From Alphaproteobacteria bacterium (GTDB lineage: Bacteria; Pseudomonadota; Alphaproteobacteria; MPNO01; UBA830): a DNA stretch of 64,000 nt. The DNA is taken from contig OZ251539.1 in assembly GCA_965243135.1 (NCBI GenBank), positions 2,400,001 to 2,464,000 of the forward strand, in the 5' to 3' direction. Under the pieces are notes generated by a model. The model was not told the origin of the DNA. It saw only the letters and a program-made list of their open reading frames with translations, and searched no databases. This document shows positions 12,034-21,007 of this stretch, piece after piece (the stretch's first letter is position 1; each line of letters starts with the position of its first letter). The position numbers were made by a program, and so were the translations under genes.

Positions 12034-12522
12034 ATGAACCCGTCTTCCGCGATTTCCGGACCGCCCTCCTTTGACGGTCTTGATCATGTGAGCGTGCCGT
12101 GCCGCGATCTCGAAGAGGGCATTCGGTTCTACCGCGACGTCCTCGGCGGCGAGATCGTCGTGCAAGAAGCGGCTTTCGCGCTGTTCGACATCGGCGGCGC
12201 GCATGTCGGCATTGGTTCGGTCGGCTGCACCTTCATCGAACCCGGGAACGAATACCCGCATATCGGTCTGACCTGCAGCGCGGAAACCCTTGTCGGGATG
12301 AAGGCGTGGCTCGCCGCCTGCGAAATTCCGTCCAGCAACTTCTGGACGCGGGGCGGCGTCGAGGCGATGATGTTTTTCCGCGACCCTTCCGGCAACGTGA
12401 TCGAACTTTACTGTCATGAAGGCTACGCCGGAGCGGCGGATCTTCCCCGCGGTCCGGCGCGCGGCCATGGCACGGCGGTCGATATCGACGCCATCGCCTA
12501 TGACGATTGGCGGCTGCCTTGA
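12034..12522 (+). CDS. VOC/glyoxalase family protein
   Basis: LDHVSVPCRDLEEGIRFYRDVLG ... FFRDPSGNVIEL. Confidence 0.88.
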   Translation: MNPSSAISGPPSFDGLDHVSVPCRDLEEGIRFYRDVLGGEIVVQEAAFALFDIGGAHVGIGSVGCTFIEPGNEYPHIGLTCSAETLVGMKAWLAACEIPSSNFWTRGGVEAMMFFRDPSGNVIELYCHEGYAGAADLPRGPARGHGTAVDIDAIAYDDWRLP

Positions 12523-12920
12523 CCCGCGAGACGCTGTCGCCGTCGCAATTTCGGATGCCGCCGAGCTTGAACCGTCCCGAAACGTCGGGAGGCGTGAACT
12601 TCTAACGGCCGGCCCTCTCCACCCACGGCGGCGCTCCGCAACCTTTCGGTCGAGTCGGGATCGTCGAGGTCCGGACGCTCCCCGCAAGCGTCGGCGCCTC
12701 CCTTCTCCGAGCGGCGCCGTCAAGCGATCGTCCCGACGACCGGCGAGTGCGGAACTCGGGTCGCCATGCCGTTGCCGTCGAAAGCCGCTGCACGGCAACG
12801 GCCTGCATCGCGAAAGGAAACGCCCGGAGCGAGCGTCTTCCCGCCGGAAACGGCGGCGGCGCAACCGGCCGCCGACGCCCGCAAGGACGGGGCGGCCCGA
12901 AAGCCGCCCCGAAACGCCCC

Positions 12921-14000
12921 CTACGACCCGAGAGGCTTGAACTTGTAGCGATACGGCCAGCGGTGCCCTGCTTCCTCCATGTAGGTCATGTATTTTTCCA
13001 TGATCGCCGGACCGTCGATCCCATAGCCCTTGGCGATGTCGTGAGCCCGCTCGTTCGGCCAGTCCTTGAGCGCCTCCGCCCACTTCGCCTGCTGCTCGAC
13101 CGGAAGCGTCGAAACCTTGGCTCCCGCCTTCTTCAGCTTCTCGAGACCGATCATCTCGCTGTTGTAGGCGTCGAGCGTCGCCGCCGTCTCGTAGCCCTTG
13201 CCCGCCTCGTCGATGATCTTCAGCACGTCGGCCGGCAGCTTCTTCCGCGTGTCGTGATTCATCGTCAGGATCGTCTGGGCCATGGCGCCGAGATTGGTCA
13301 CCTTGAAATAAGGCGCCGGCTCGTGGAACTTGAAGCCGAAATACACCCCGGGGAACATGATGAACCCTTGGGCCACGCCGGTCGCCAGCGCGTTGTAGGC
13401 GGTCGGCAACGTCGTCGTGACGGGGATCGCGCCGAAGCGCTCCACCCACGGCAGGTTCGGGCCGGCCGCGATGATCTTCTTGCCTTTGAGCTGGTTCACG
13501 TCGTTCCACTCGAACTTGGTGCCGAGCCCATAGTTGTCGAAGCCCGTGAGGGCGATCAGCTTCTGGTTGTACTTCTTGTCGAGCATGTCGTAGAGCTCGG
13601 GATGCTCCGCCATGACCCGCAGCTTGACCTCCAGCTGCTTGCGGATGTCGCCGGTGGTGAACGGCGTGAAGTAGTCGAAGTTCATCGGCAGCATCTTCGC
13701 GCTCTCGAAGCAGACGCACCAGCCGCCGATGTCGAGGAGGCCCTTTTCGACCGCCTCCAGCGTCTCGTGCACCTTCGCGATCTTGCCGGCGTAGGCGTGA
13801 ATGATGCGCACCTTGTGCCCGGTTTCGGCCGCGACGCGCTTCGTGATCTCGTCGGCGAGATAATGCTCCATGTTTCGGACGTAGGGAGTCGGCTTGCTGG
13901 GATGGCCCGATCCGAAACGCAGAAGGAAGGTATCGGCGTTCGAGGGCGCGGCGACCGCGCCGGCCATCGACGCGGCAACGACCGCGGTAAGCTTGATCAT
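12921..14000 (-). CDS. TRAP transporter substrate-binding protein (DctP-like)
   Basis: Signal peptide; ETLEAVEKGLLDIG, AYNALATGV; last gene of a dctQ-M-P set (start could be TTG 14009). Confidence 0.88.
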   Translation of the reverse strand: MIKLTAVVAASMAGAVAAPSNADTFLLRFGSGHPSKPTPYVRNMEHYLADEITKRVAAETGHKVRIIHAYAGKIAKVHETLEAVEKGLLDIGGWCVCFESAKMLPMNFDYFTPFTTGDIRKQLEVKLRVMAEHPELYDMLDKKYNQKLIALTGFDNYGLGTKFEWNDVNQLKGKKIIAAGPNLPWVERFGAIPVTTTLPTAYNALATGVAQGFIMFPGVYFGFKFHEPAPYFKVTNLGAMAQTILTMNHDTRKKLPADVLKIIDEAGKGYETAATLDAYNSEMIGLEKLKKAGAKVSTLPVEQQAKWAEALKDWPNERAHDIAKGYGIDGPAIMEKYMTYMEEAGHRWPYRYKFKPLGS

Positions 14001-14095
14001 GGGTTTCAAGGTCTTTCCTTTCGGATTGGTTTCGATTGACAACTATCACATGCGAAAAAGCGCCGAAAGCCCGGTCGCCCGCGCCGCCGGGCAGG

Positions 14096-15406
14096 TCACA
14101 CGAAACCGGTCAACCAGCTGGCGACCGGCGGAAACGCCCAGATCAGGGCCGCCGTCGCCAGCATCAGCAGCCAGTAGGGGATCGATCCCCTGAAGATCTC
14201 GGCCAGGCTCACGGCCGCGTCCGGAACGGCTCCTTTCACGACGTACACAACCAGCCCGAAAGGCGGCGTGAGCAGGCCGGCTTCGATCAGCAGAATGCCG
14301 AAGATCGCGAACGCGAAGCCGTCCATGCCGATCAGCGGCGCGAACGTCGCGAAGATCGGGACGGTCAGCAGAATGATGGAGATCGAATCCAGAACCATGC
14401 CCAGCAGGAGCCAGATCACGATCATCATGATCGCGATCCCGAAGCCGCCGATGCCCAGCGACAGCAGCGAATCCTTGATGATCGACTGGATGTCCGCGAG
14501 AGCCAGAAAGCGGGAATACATTCCGGCGGCGACGAGCAGGATCATGATCGGCGCGGACGTCTTGCCCGCGTCGACGACGGCCTCGACGATTCCCTTCAGG
14601 CGGAGCCCCTTGACGATCGCGAGAAGCATCGCGGCGAGCGCGCCGATGCCGGCGGCCTCGGTGGCGGTGAACGCCCCGCCCCATATGCCGCCGAGAACGA
14701 CGCAGACGATCAGCGCGACGCCTACGGCCGAAACGATCTCGCTTCGGGTCAAGCTTTCCTCGCTCTGCGCCTGCGGCTCCGCCGGAGCGACGTCCGGATT
14801 CCGCACCGCCACCGTCACCGCGTAGAACACGAACAGCAGCGACAGCACGATTCCGGGCACGACCCCGGCCACGAACAGCTTGCCGATCGATTGTTCCGTG
14901 ATGATGCCCCAGACGATCAGCAAGACGCTCGGGGGAATCAGCATTCCAAGGCAGGCCGACCCGGCGATGGATCCCAGAGCGAATTCCCGCTTGTAACGAA
15001 ACCGCGTCATCTCGGGATAGGCGATCCTGCTGAACGCCGCCGCGGAGGCGATCGAGGTTCCGGTCACGGCCGCGAACGCCGCGTTTCCCGCGACCGTGGC
15101 GACGGCGAGGCGTCCGGGTATCCTGCGAAGTCCGCGATTGATCACTTTGTACAAGTCGCCCGCCGCCCCGCACTTGGCCACGAAATCCCCCATCAACACG
15201 AACAGCGGGATCGTCGCGAACACGTAGTGCCGAACCAGTTCGTAGGCCGCGCCGCCGACCTGGGCCGACGCCAGGTACATGTCCTCGAAGATGAAGTAGG
15301 TGCCGATCATCGCCGTCAGCCCGAGCGCCAGGGCGATGTGGACCCCCGCGAAAATCGCGACCAGCATGCCGACGAGCGTCAGCGCCATGAGAGCGTTCAG
15401 GTCCAT
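14096..15406 (-). CDS. TRAP transporter large permease (DctM-like)
   Basis: TIPLFVLMG, LGMLIPPS, EAGLLTPPFGL. Confidence 0.93.
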   Translation of the reverse strand: MDLNALMALTLVGMLVAIFAGVHIALALGLTAMIGTYFIFEDMYLASAQVGGAAYELVRHYVFATIPLFVLMGDFVAKCGAAGDLYKVINRGLRRIPGRLAVATVAGNAAFAAVTGTSIASAAAFSRIAYPEMTRFRYKREFALGSIAGSACLGMLIPPSVLLIVWGIITEQSIGKLFVAGVVPGIVLSLLFVFYAVTVAVRNPDVAPAEPQAQSEESLTRSEIVSAVGVALIVCVVLGGIWGGAFTATEAAGIGALAAMLLAIVKGLRLKGIVEAVVDAGKTSAPIMILLVAAGMYSRFLALADIQSIIKDSLLSLGIGGFGIAIMMIVIWLLLGMVLDSISIILLTVPIFATFAPLIGMDGFAFAIFGILLIEAGLLTPPFGLVVYVVKGAVPDAAVSLAEIFRGSIPYWLLMLATAALIWAFPPVASWLTGFV

Positions 15407-15440
15407 TCATGCACTCCGTCGAACGCCGCCGCCGACGGCT

Positions 15441-15965
15441 TCAGATGCCCTCCGCGGCTTCCGAAGCCTTCCGCTGCGCGCCGGGCGTCGGGTCGGCTCC
15501 TCTCGCCGCCTGCAGGAGAAGCACGAAATAGATCAGCGTGATGAGCGCGGCGGCCGCGATGATGATGGTGCGAACGGGATAGACGGGGACTTCCAGCGCC
15601 CCGATTCCCTGGTATTCGCCGATCTCCCAGCCCTTGACCATATCGCTCCATCCCCCCACCGCGATGCCGATGAAGAGCGCCATGCCGAGCAGATAGGCCA
15701 CGGCGTTGACGACGTGCCGCCAGCGCTTGCCGAGGTGTTCGAACACGATGTAGGTGCGCAGCATGCTGCCCGAGAGAATCGCGAGCGGCACCTGCAGGAA
15801 CACGATGGCGGGAACGGAATTCGTCACGATTTCGTCGCCGCCGAGAAAAGCGTTGAACACGCCGCGGCTCGTGACCTCGACGAAGATCACGACCGCGATC
15901 AGCATCAGCCAACCGGCTGCGACGTAGTTCAGCCATGTGCAGAATCGTTCGAGCGCCGAATGCAT
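15441..15965 (-). CDS. TRAP transporter small permease (DctQ-like)
   Basis: 174 aa, four hydrophobic segments, directly upstream of DctM. Confidence 0.85.
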   Translation of the reverse strand: MHSALERFCTWLNYVAAGWLMLIAVVIFVEVTSRGVFNAFLGGDEIVTNSVPAIVFLQVPLAILSGSMLRTYIVFEHLGKRWRHVVNAVAYLLGMALFIGIAVGGWSDMVKGWEIGEYQGIGALEVPVYPVRTIIIAAAALITLIYFVLLLQAARGADPTPGAQRKASEAAEGI

Positions 15966-16065
15966 GATCTCGTCTCTCCGCTCTACGGAACCGCCGGTCT
16001 CGGCCGGCGTTCGGCGAACGCCGACGGCCGCGCCGCGCGGCGGCGTCCGGGCCGCGGCAACGCCA

Positions 16066-16410
16066 TCACGGCGTCTGCCGAGCGTTCTCCGGAACGTTCC
16101 AACCGCGCCTGGTCGCGGGGCGGTCGAGCGTACACCGGCGGCGAACGTTGGGATAATCGTCGACGGTCCGCCAGTCGAACCGCGCGACCCGCGGCCAGAA
16201 CCTGCCCGCCTTCTCGGCGAGGTGCATGGGGCCCGGCTCCATCAACGATTTGCCGTCGTCGACGATGGCGCGGATCTTGTCGTTGGGGCTGAGGAACCCC
16301 GGAGCGCACCGCTCGTCCTTCGCGATGTTGACCGCGGCGTAACCGCATTCCTCCAGCATGATGGAAATCTTGCGGCCGTTCGGCGCGCGCCAAGCGTAGA
16401 GATCGATCAC
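16066..16410 (-). pseudogene. Internally deleted glutathione S-transferase (YfcG/Ure2-like)
   Basis: N-terminus MIDLYAWRAPNGRKISIMLEE and SPNDKIRAIVD, C-terminus DYPNVRR...RPATRRG, but only 114 aa; central helices missing. Confidence 0.75.
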
Positions 16411-16429
16411 TTCGCCATCCGGTACGGTT

Positions 16430-16888
16430 TCACGACGGCAGTTCCGCCGCCGTTACTTCGGCCTCGACGTCCCGCGCTTCCGCGGCGGCGAAGTTCAGCT
16501 CGATCTTGACGCCGTTCGGATCCATGAGAAACAGTTGGAACAACCCTTGATCGTCGACCTGCCGGGTTGCGTAGGCGACGCCCTTCGCGTCGAGATCGGC
16601 CATCATTCCGGCAAGGCCGGTCGCCCGGAACGCGATGTGGTCGACCACGCCGGAGCCGCGCGTCGCCGTCGACTGCTGTCCCAGATACTTCTTCCGGTTT
16701 TCGTCGACGGCATCGCCGCCGACGGTGAGATGGAGAACCGCCTCGCCGCCAAGATACAGCCAGCGCACCGGAAACCTGAAGTCGGGATGCGGACCCTCCG
16801 TCATTCCCAGAACGTCGACGTACCAATCCCGGGTTCCGTCGAGATCGCCGGTCTGAATGAGAAAATGTTCAAGATGAGACAGGGGCAT
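16430..16888 (-). CDS. VOC/glyoxalase family protein
   Basis: LEHFLIQTGDLDGTRDWYVDVLG, VDHIAF, FLMDPNGVKIEL. Confidence 0.88.
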   Translation of the reverse strand: MPLSHLEHFLIQTGDLDGTRDWYVDVLGMTEGPHPDFRFPVRWLYLGGEAVLHLTVGGDAVDENRKKYLGQQSTATRGSGVVDHIAFRATGLAGMMADLDAKGVAYATRQVDDQGLFQLFLMDPNGVKIELNFAAAEARDVEAEVTAAELPS

Positions 16889-17006
16889 CGACGCCTCGGT
16901 GCGCAGGTGACCTCAGACTACAGCAACCGGCGGACCGGTCAAATCTTTTCGCCGCGGCGTCCGGTCGGCTATATCTTCCGTCACGGAACCACAGGGAGGC
17001 CGACGG

Positions 17007-17318
17007 ATGACCGCTTACTGGCTGGCTCGCGCGAAGATCAACGATTTCGACGAATACATGAAATACGCGACCAAGGTCCCCGCCATCCTCGAAAAATACA
17101 ACGGCAAGATCCTGACGCGAGGCGGCAACCACAAGACGCTCGAGGGCCCCGACCGCTTCGAACGTTTCGTCGTGATCGAGTTTCCGTCGATGGCGGACGC
17201 GGAAGCCTGCTTCAATTCCGACGAGTACCGCGCCGCCGCGGCCTACCGCAGGCGCGGCGGCGTCGGCGAAAACGAACTCACGATCGTCGAGGCGGGCGAT
17301 CTCACTCCCGCCGCGTAG
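17007..17318 (+). CDS. DUF1330 family protein
   Basis: KYNGKILTRGG, LEG, RFVVIEFPS, NSDEYRAA; GGAGG RBS. Confidence 0.9.
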   Translation: MTAYWLARAKINDFDEYMKYATKVPAILEKYNGKILTRGGNHKTLEGPDRFERFVVIEFPSMADAEACFNSDEYRAAAAYRRRGGVGENELTIVEAGDLTPAA

Positions 17319-18024
17319 ATCCGGCCGGGCTTGCGCCGTTCTCGACGTCTTGAAATACGAACTACTTTCAAGAGCGCCGATTTACCCCGATTCGGTCGCG
17401 GAAAACTGCGAAATCTCCGCGCCGGCCGTTCTCGCGGACGCTGCCCCGCTCCGCGACCGGTCGGGTTCAACGCCGAGAGAATGGCGCGGTCCTGGCCGGA
17501 AACGCGTCCCCAAGAGGTAGCGGCGCCGTCCTCGTAGGCCGGAGGGGCATCCGGCCCGCGGCCATCTCCGCTTCGAAGCGCGCTGCGCTCTCGTCCCGCA
17601 GGCGCGCGAGACCGCTCCCCGCGCCGCCGATAGGCTCACCGACAAGCCCCGGCGGTCCGCGCCGGGGCGACTCTCGCGCCGCCAGTCACCGACCCGACGT
17701 TTCCAGGGTCAGGCGGCGGCCTGCCCACGGCAACCGGCCGCCGCGTTCCGGACCGGCGCAGTCCACGCCGCACTAAGGAAGACTTCTTCGCCCGTCGGCG
17801 AAACCCGTTCGCCGACCCCCGAGACGCGAGGTCTCCGCGCCCTGACGGCGAGGGCGGCGAAACGCTCGGACAGCAAGAGCAAGGACCGTAGCGGCGCAAG
17901 ACCGCGACGGTGCGCCGGGCGCCGCCGCAGCGACGCGACGGACATGCCGGGATCTTTCAGGGCGACAAGCGGCCGTAGTTCGCAACCGAACGCGAGACGA
18001 TTTCACGGAGTCAAGCTTCGCGCG

Positions 18025-18549
18025 CTATTCCACCGATTCGGTCGGCAGCTTGGTCGGCGATTCGTTCCGGCGCGCGATAACGGTCTCGAACAGGTCGAAC
18101 TTGCCCTCGACGCGCGCTATGCGCTCGCTTAAATTCCGGATTTGCTCGTCAATTTGCTGAAATCGCTCGTCAACCTGACGGAATCGTTCGTCAATCTGCT
18201 GAAATCGTTCGTCAATCTGCTGAAATCGTTCGTCAACCTGACGGAATCGCTCGTCAACCTGACGGAATCGTTCGTCAACCTGCCGAAATCGCTCGTTCAT
18301 CTGGGCGGTCAGTTGCCGGAACCGTTCATCCATACGTTCGTTCAGCTGCCGGTATTGCTCGTTCATCTGCCCGGTCAACTGCCCGGTCAACTGCAGGAAC
18401 CGGTCATTCGTCCGCCGATCCTGTTCGTCCATGCGCGCGGCAAGGGCGTCGATACGGTTGTCGAGCCTGTGCCCCTGCTGAAGCACCAACCCTGCAAGGG
18501 CTGCGCCGACCGCAAGAATGGCGATAAGTTCGGAAGAGAACCGTTTCAT
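18025..18549 (-). CDS. Membrane-anchored coiled-coil repeat protein
   Basis: N-terminal TM segment (LIAILAVGAALAGLVL), 11-residue repeats, then tandem DERF(R/Q)Q(V/I) heptads, C-terminal ERIARVEG. Confidence 0.8.
   Translation of the reverse strand: MKRFSSELIAILAVGAALAGLVLQQGHRLDNRIDALAARMDEQDRRTNDRFLQLTGQLTGQMNEQYRQLNERMDERFRQLTAQMNERFRQVDERFRQVDERFRQVDERFQQIDERFQQIDERFRQVDERFQQIDEQIRNLSERIARVEGKFDLFETVIARRNESPTKLPTESVE
18142..18300. repeat. 21-bp coding tandem repeat (about 7 units)
   Basis: Units like AATCGTTCGTCAACCTGACGG / AATCGTTCGTCAATCTGCTGA. Confidence 0.9.
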
Positions 18550-19600
18550 GAACTTGAATCTAACTCCGTGAAATCGGAAAGACGACCCCAAGCTGTCAGT
18601 ATGTCGGTAACGGACGACCGGTCCATGTATGGTCTGTCCTGTTTTGGAACGTTCTCGACGCGCTCCTGCAAGGAGAGGGGTTTGCGCCGCGCCGCCCTGC
18701 ATCGGTTGACCGCTCTCGCGTCGGTCCCGGCAGCCGCCGAACATGCAGCTTCGGCAATGGGAAAGGCGACTCGGTCGGAACGACGTTCGGACCGCGCCGC
18801 GCGACGGTCGTCGACGTGCCGCACGGTCGGGATCGCACCGAAGGAGCCGCAGGCCGACGACGACGGACGCTCGCCGTCTCCATGCCTTTGGCCAAGGCGT
18901 AGCGAACGCCGAAGAGAAGCGAGATCGCGGACCGCTTCGGCGGCCCTCAAGCTGGGCGTTCGGGCGACGGGGAACTCGTCGAGCGCGAAGGACGAGGCGG
19001 CAAGGAGTTCCGCGCCGGTCGGGTCTCTAAGCGCTCGGCCTGCCCCTCGCGGGGTTCGGGTTGACTTGTGCGCGTCGCCGGCAGGGCTCGCCGTGCCGCT
19101 GCCCCCCTCGTCTTCCGCCGACCCCCGGCGGAAAGGGCCGGCGCGCTCGTCGTTCTCTCCGTCGGCAGCTTTTCGCTGCGCGACTTCCGCATCATGCGTT
19201 CCGAGGCTTGCGTTCACCCGCGCGTCGGCCTGCATGTTCGCCGAGCGGCCTTCTTCTTCCGGCCTGCGCCCCTTAAACCGCCCCGGCCGCGCCGGAACGC
19301 CGGAACGACAGTTGTTGGTCGCGCGCGCATCGACGCCTTTCCACGGCGCGCAGAACGCGGAACGGTTATCTCGCGCAGCGGCGCGAGTCCGGGAGCGACA
19401 TGCCAAATGCTGCATGCCGCGGGGCGAGCGGGCTCCGGCGCTTGGCGGTCCGCGCGACCCTCGCGAGCCTGCCCGCAGGCAGCCGGCCGCGGGACGCCGA
19501 ACGGACGGCAGCCGACAAAATGGCGCAGCGCAACCGTCTCGGCTTTGCCGGAGGTTGCGAAGGCGCTATGGTCGATCGGCAATCCCAGTCAGGAGGAACC

Positions 19601-19993
19601 ATGTCCGGACCCGAAGTCACCAAGCAGGACATCATGAACGCATGCGAAGGCATGCTTCAAAAACAGCTCTACGTCGTTCATACCTTCCCGACGAACGGCT
19701 TGGGACCGGTGATGGAAAACATCGAGCCCCACCTGAAATTCCAGATCGAACTGGAGGAAAAGGGCATCATGTTCGGTGCCGGTCCGTTCTGGGACGACGC
19801 CGAGGAAAAATGGGAAGGCGAAGGCATGGTCATCATCCGCGCCGGCTCCCTCGCCGAAGCGAAGGAAATCGCCGCCAGCGACCCGATGCACGCCAGCGGC
19901 GCGCGCGACTACACCGTGCGCCCGTGGCTGATGAACGAAGGCACGGTTACGGTAAAGGTTCGCTACTCGGACGGAAGCCGCGAACTGATCTGA
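19601..19993 (+). CDS. YciI family protein
   Basis: AGGAGG RBS; HLKFQIELEEKGIMFGAGP, GMVIIRAGSLAEA, DPMH. Confidence 0.88.
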   Translation: MSGPEVTKQDIMNACEGMLQKQLYVVHTFPTNGLGPVMENIEPHLKFQIELEEKGIMFGAGPFWDDAEEKWEGEGMVIIRAGSLAEAKEIAASDPMHASGARDYTVRPWLMNEGTVTVKVRYSDGSRELI

Positions 19994-20093
19994 CGCTTCT
20001 GCCGACGGACCGCCCTCCTTCGGCGCGCCGGGACGGAACGGTCCCGGGAGCCTTTCGCCGGGCCGGCGACGGTCGTCGGGCGGCAGGCCCGGC

Positions 20094-20828
20094 CTATCGC
20101 GCTCCCGACACGTTCAGCACGGTTCCCGAAACGTAGCTCGCGGCGTCGGACAGGAGCCACAGGACGGCGTTCGCCACCTCCGCGGCTTCGCCCGCGCGCG
20201 CCATCGGCAATGCGGGAGCGACCGCCTCCAGGCGTCCGGGCGGCTGAATTTCCGTGTCGATCACGCCGGGGCTGACGGCGGCCACGCGGATGCCTTCGCC
20301 GGCGACTTCCTGCGCGAACCCGAACGTGAACGCGTTGACGGCGGCCTTGGCCGCGCCGTAGTGGACGAGGGAGCCGGCGCCGCCGAGTTCCGAAGTGCGC
20401 GACGACAGGTTCACGATCGCGCCGCCGTTCCCGCCGCGCCGCAACGACATGCGCTTCGCCGCTTCCCGGGCGCAGAGGATCGTTCCGACGACGTTCACCA
20501 TCATGTGCCGGACCAGCGCGCCGCCGTCGATTTCGTCGACGCGGGACAGCGGATCGAGGATCCCCGCCGAATTGACCAGACCGTCCACCCGCCCCAATTC
20601 GCCGTCGCAGGTCGCGAAAAGACGGAGAACGTCCGCCTCGACCGATACGTCGCCTTTGACGGCGACCGCCCGGCGCCCGGCGGCGCGGACCCGGTCCGCG
20701 ACCTCTTCCGCCCGCGCGGCGTTTTTCCGGTAGTTGACGCAGACGTCCCAACCGCCTTCGGCGGCTCCCGCCGCGGTCGCCGCGCCGATGCCGCGGCTTC
20801 CGCCCGTTACGATCAGCACTTTTCGCAT
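20094..20828 (-). CDS. SDR family oxidoreductase
   Basis: TGGSRGIG, VNSAG, YGAAK catalytic motif. Confidence 0.93.
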   Translation of the reverse strand: MRKVLIVTGGSRGIGAATAAGAAEGGWDVCVNYRKNAARAEEVADRVRAAGRRAVAVKGDVSVEADVLRLFATCDGELGRVDGLVNSAGILDPLSRVDEIDGGALVRHMMVNVVGTILCAREAAKRMSLRRGGNGGAIVNLSSRTSELGGAGSLVHYGAAKAAVNAFTFGFAQEVAGEGIRVAAVSPGVIDTEIQPPGRLEAVAPALPMARAGEAAEVANAVLWLLSDAASYVSGTVLNVSGAR

Positions 20829-21007
20829 TGCCGCCCCCGGCACCTTTCGCGTTGCCTCCGCTGGTCGGCAATCGAACAGCCCGGAGCGGCGGTGTCAACG
20901 TCCGGAGGCGGCGGAGGCCCGCCGTTTCCGAAGCGCGAATCCCGCCGAATTGACCCGACCGCCTCGGACCCCGAAAATGCCGGAAAAGGGAACGGACAGG
21001 CGAACCG

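Larger units (their letters stand above)
17998..18576. repeat. Perfect 14-bp inverted repeat pair flanking the coiled-coil gene
   Basis: CGATTTCACGGAGT (17998-18011) and ACTCCGTGAAATCG (18563-18576), each 13 bp from a gene end. Confidence 0.8.

Noticed and set aside
17330-17997. Possible decayed IS, including the palindrome TCTTGAAA-N10-TTTCAAGA near 17350
   Set aside because: No recognisable transposase motif, and only weak similarity to the 14-bp repeat; cannot be supported
18142-18300. Repeat array considered as a possible CRISPR
   Set aside because: Contiguous 21-bp units without unique spacers, in frame within a coding sequence; no cas genes
18660-19500. ORFs 18546-19415(-) and 18142-20136(+) as real genes
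   Set aside because: No recognisable motifs or convincing starts; probably an eroded gene or spacer
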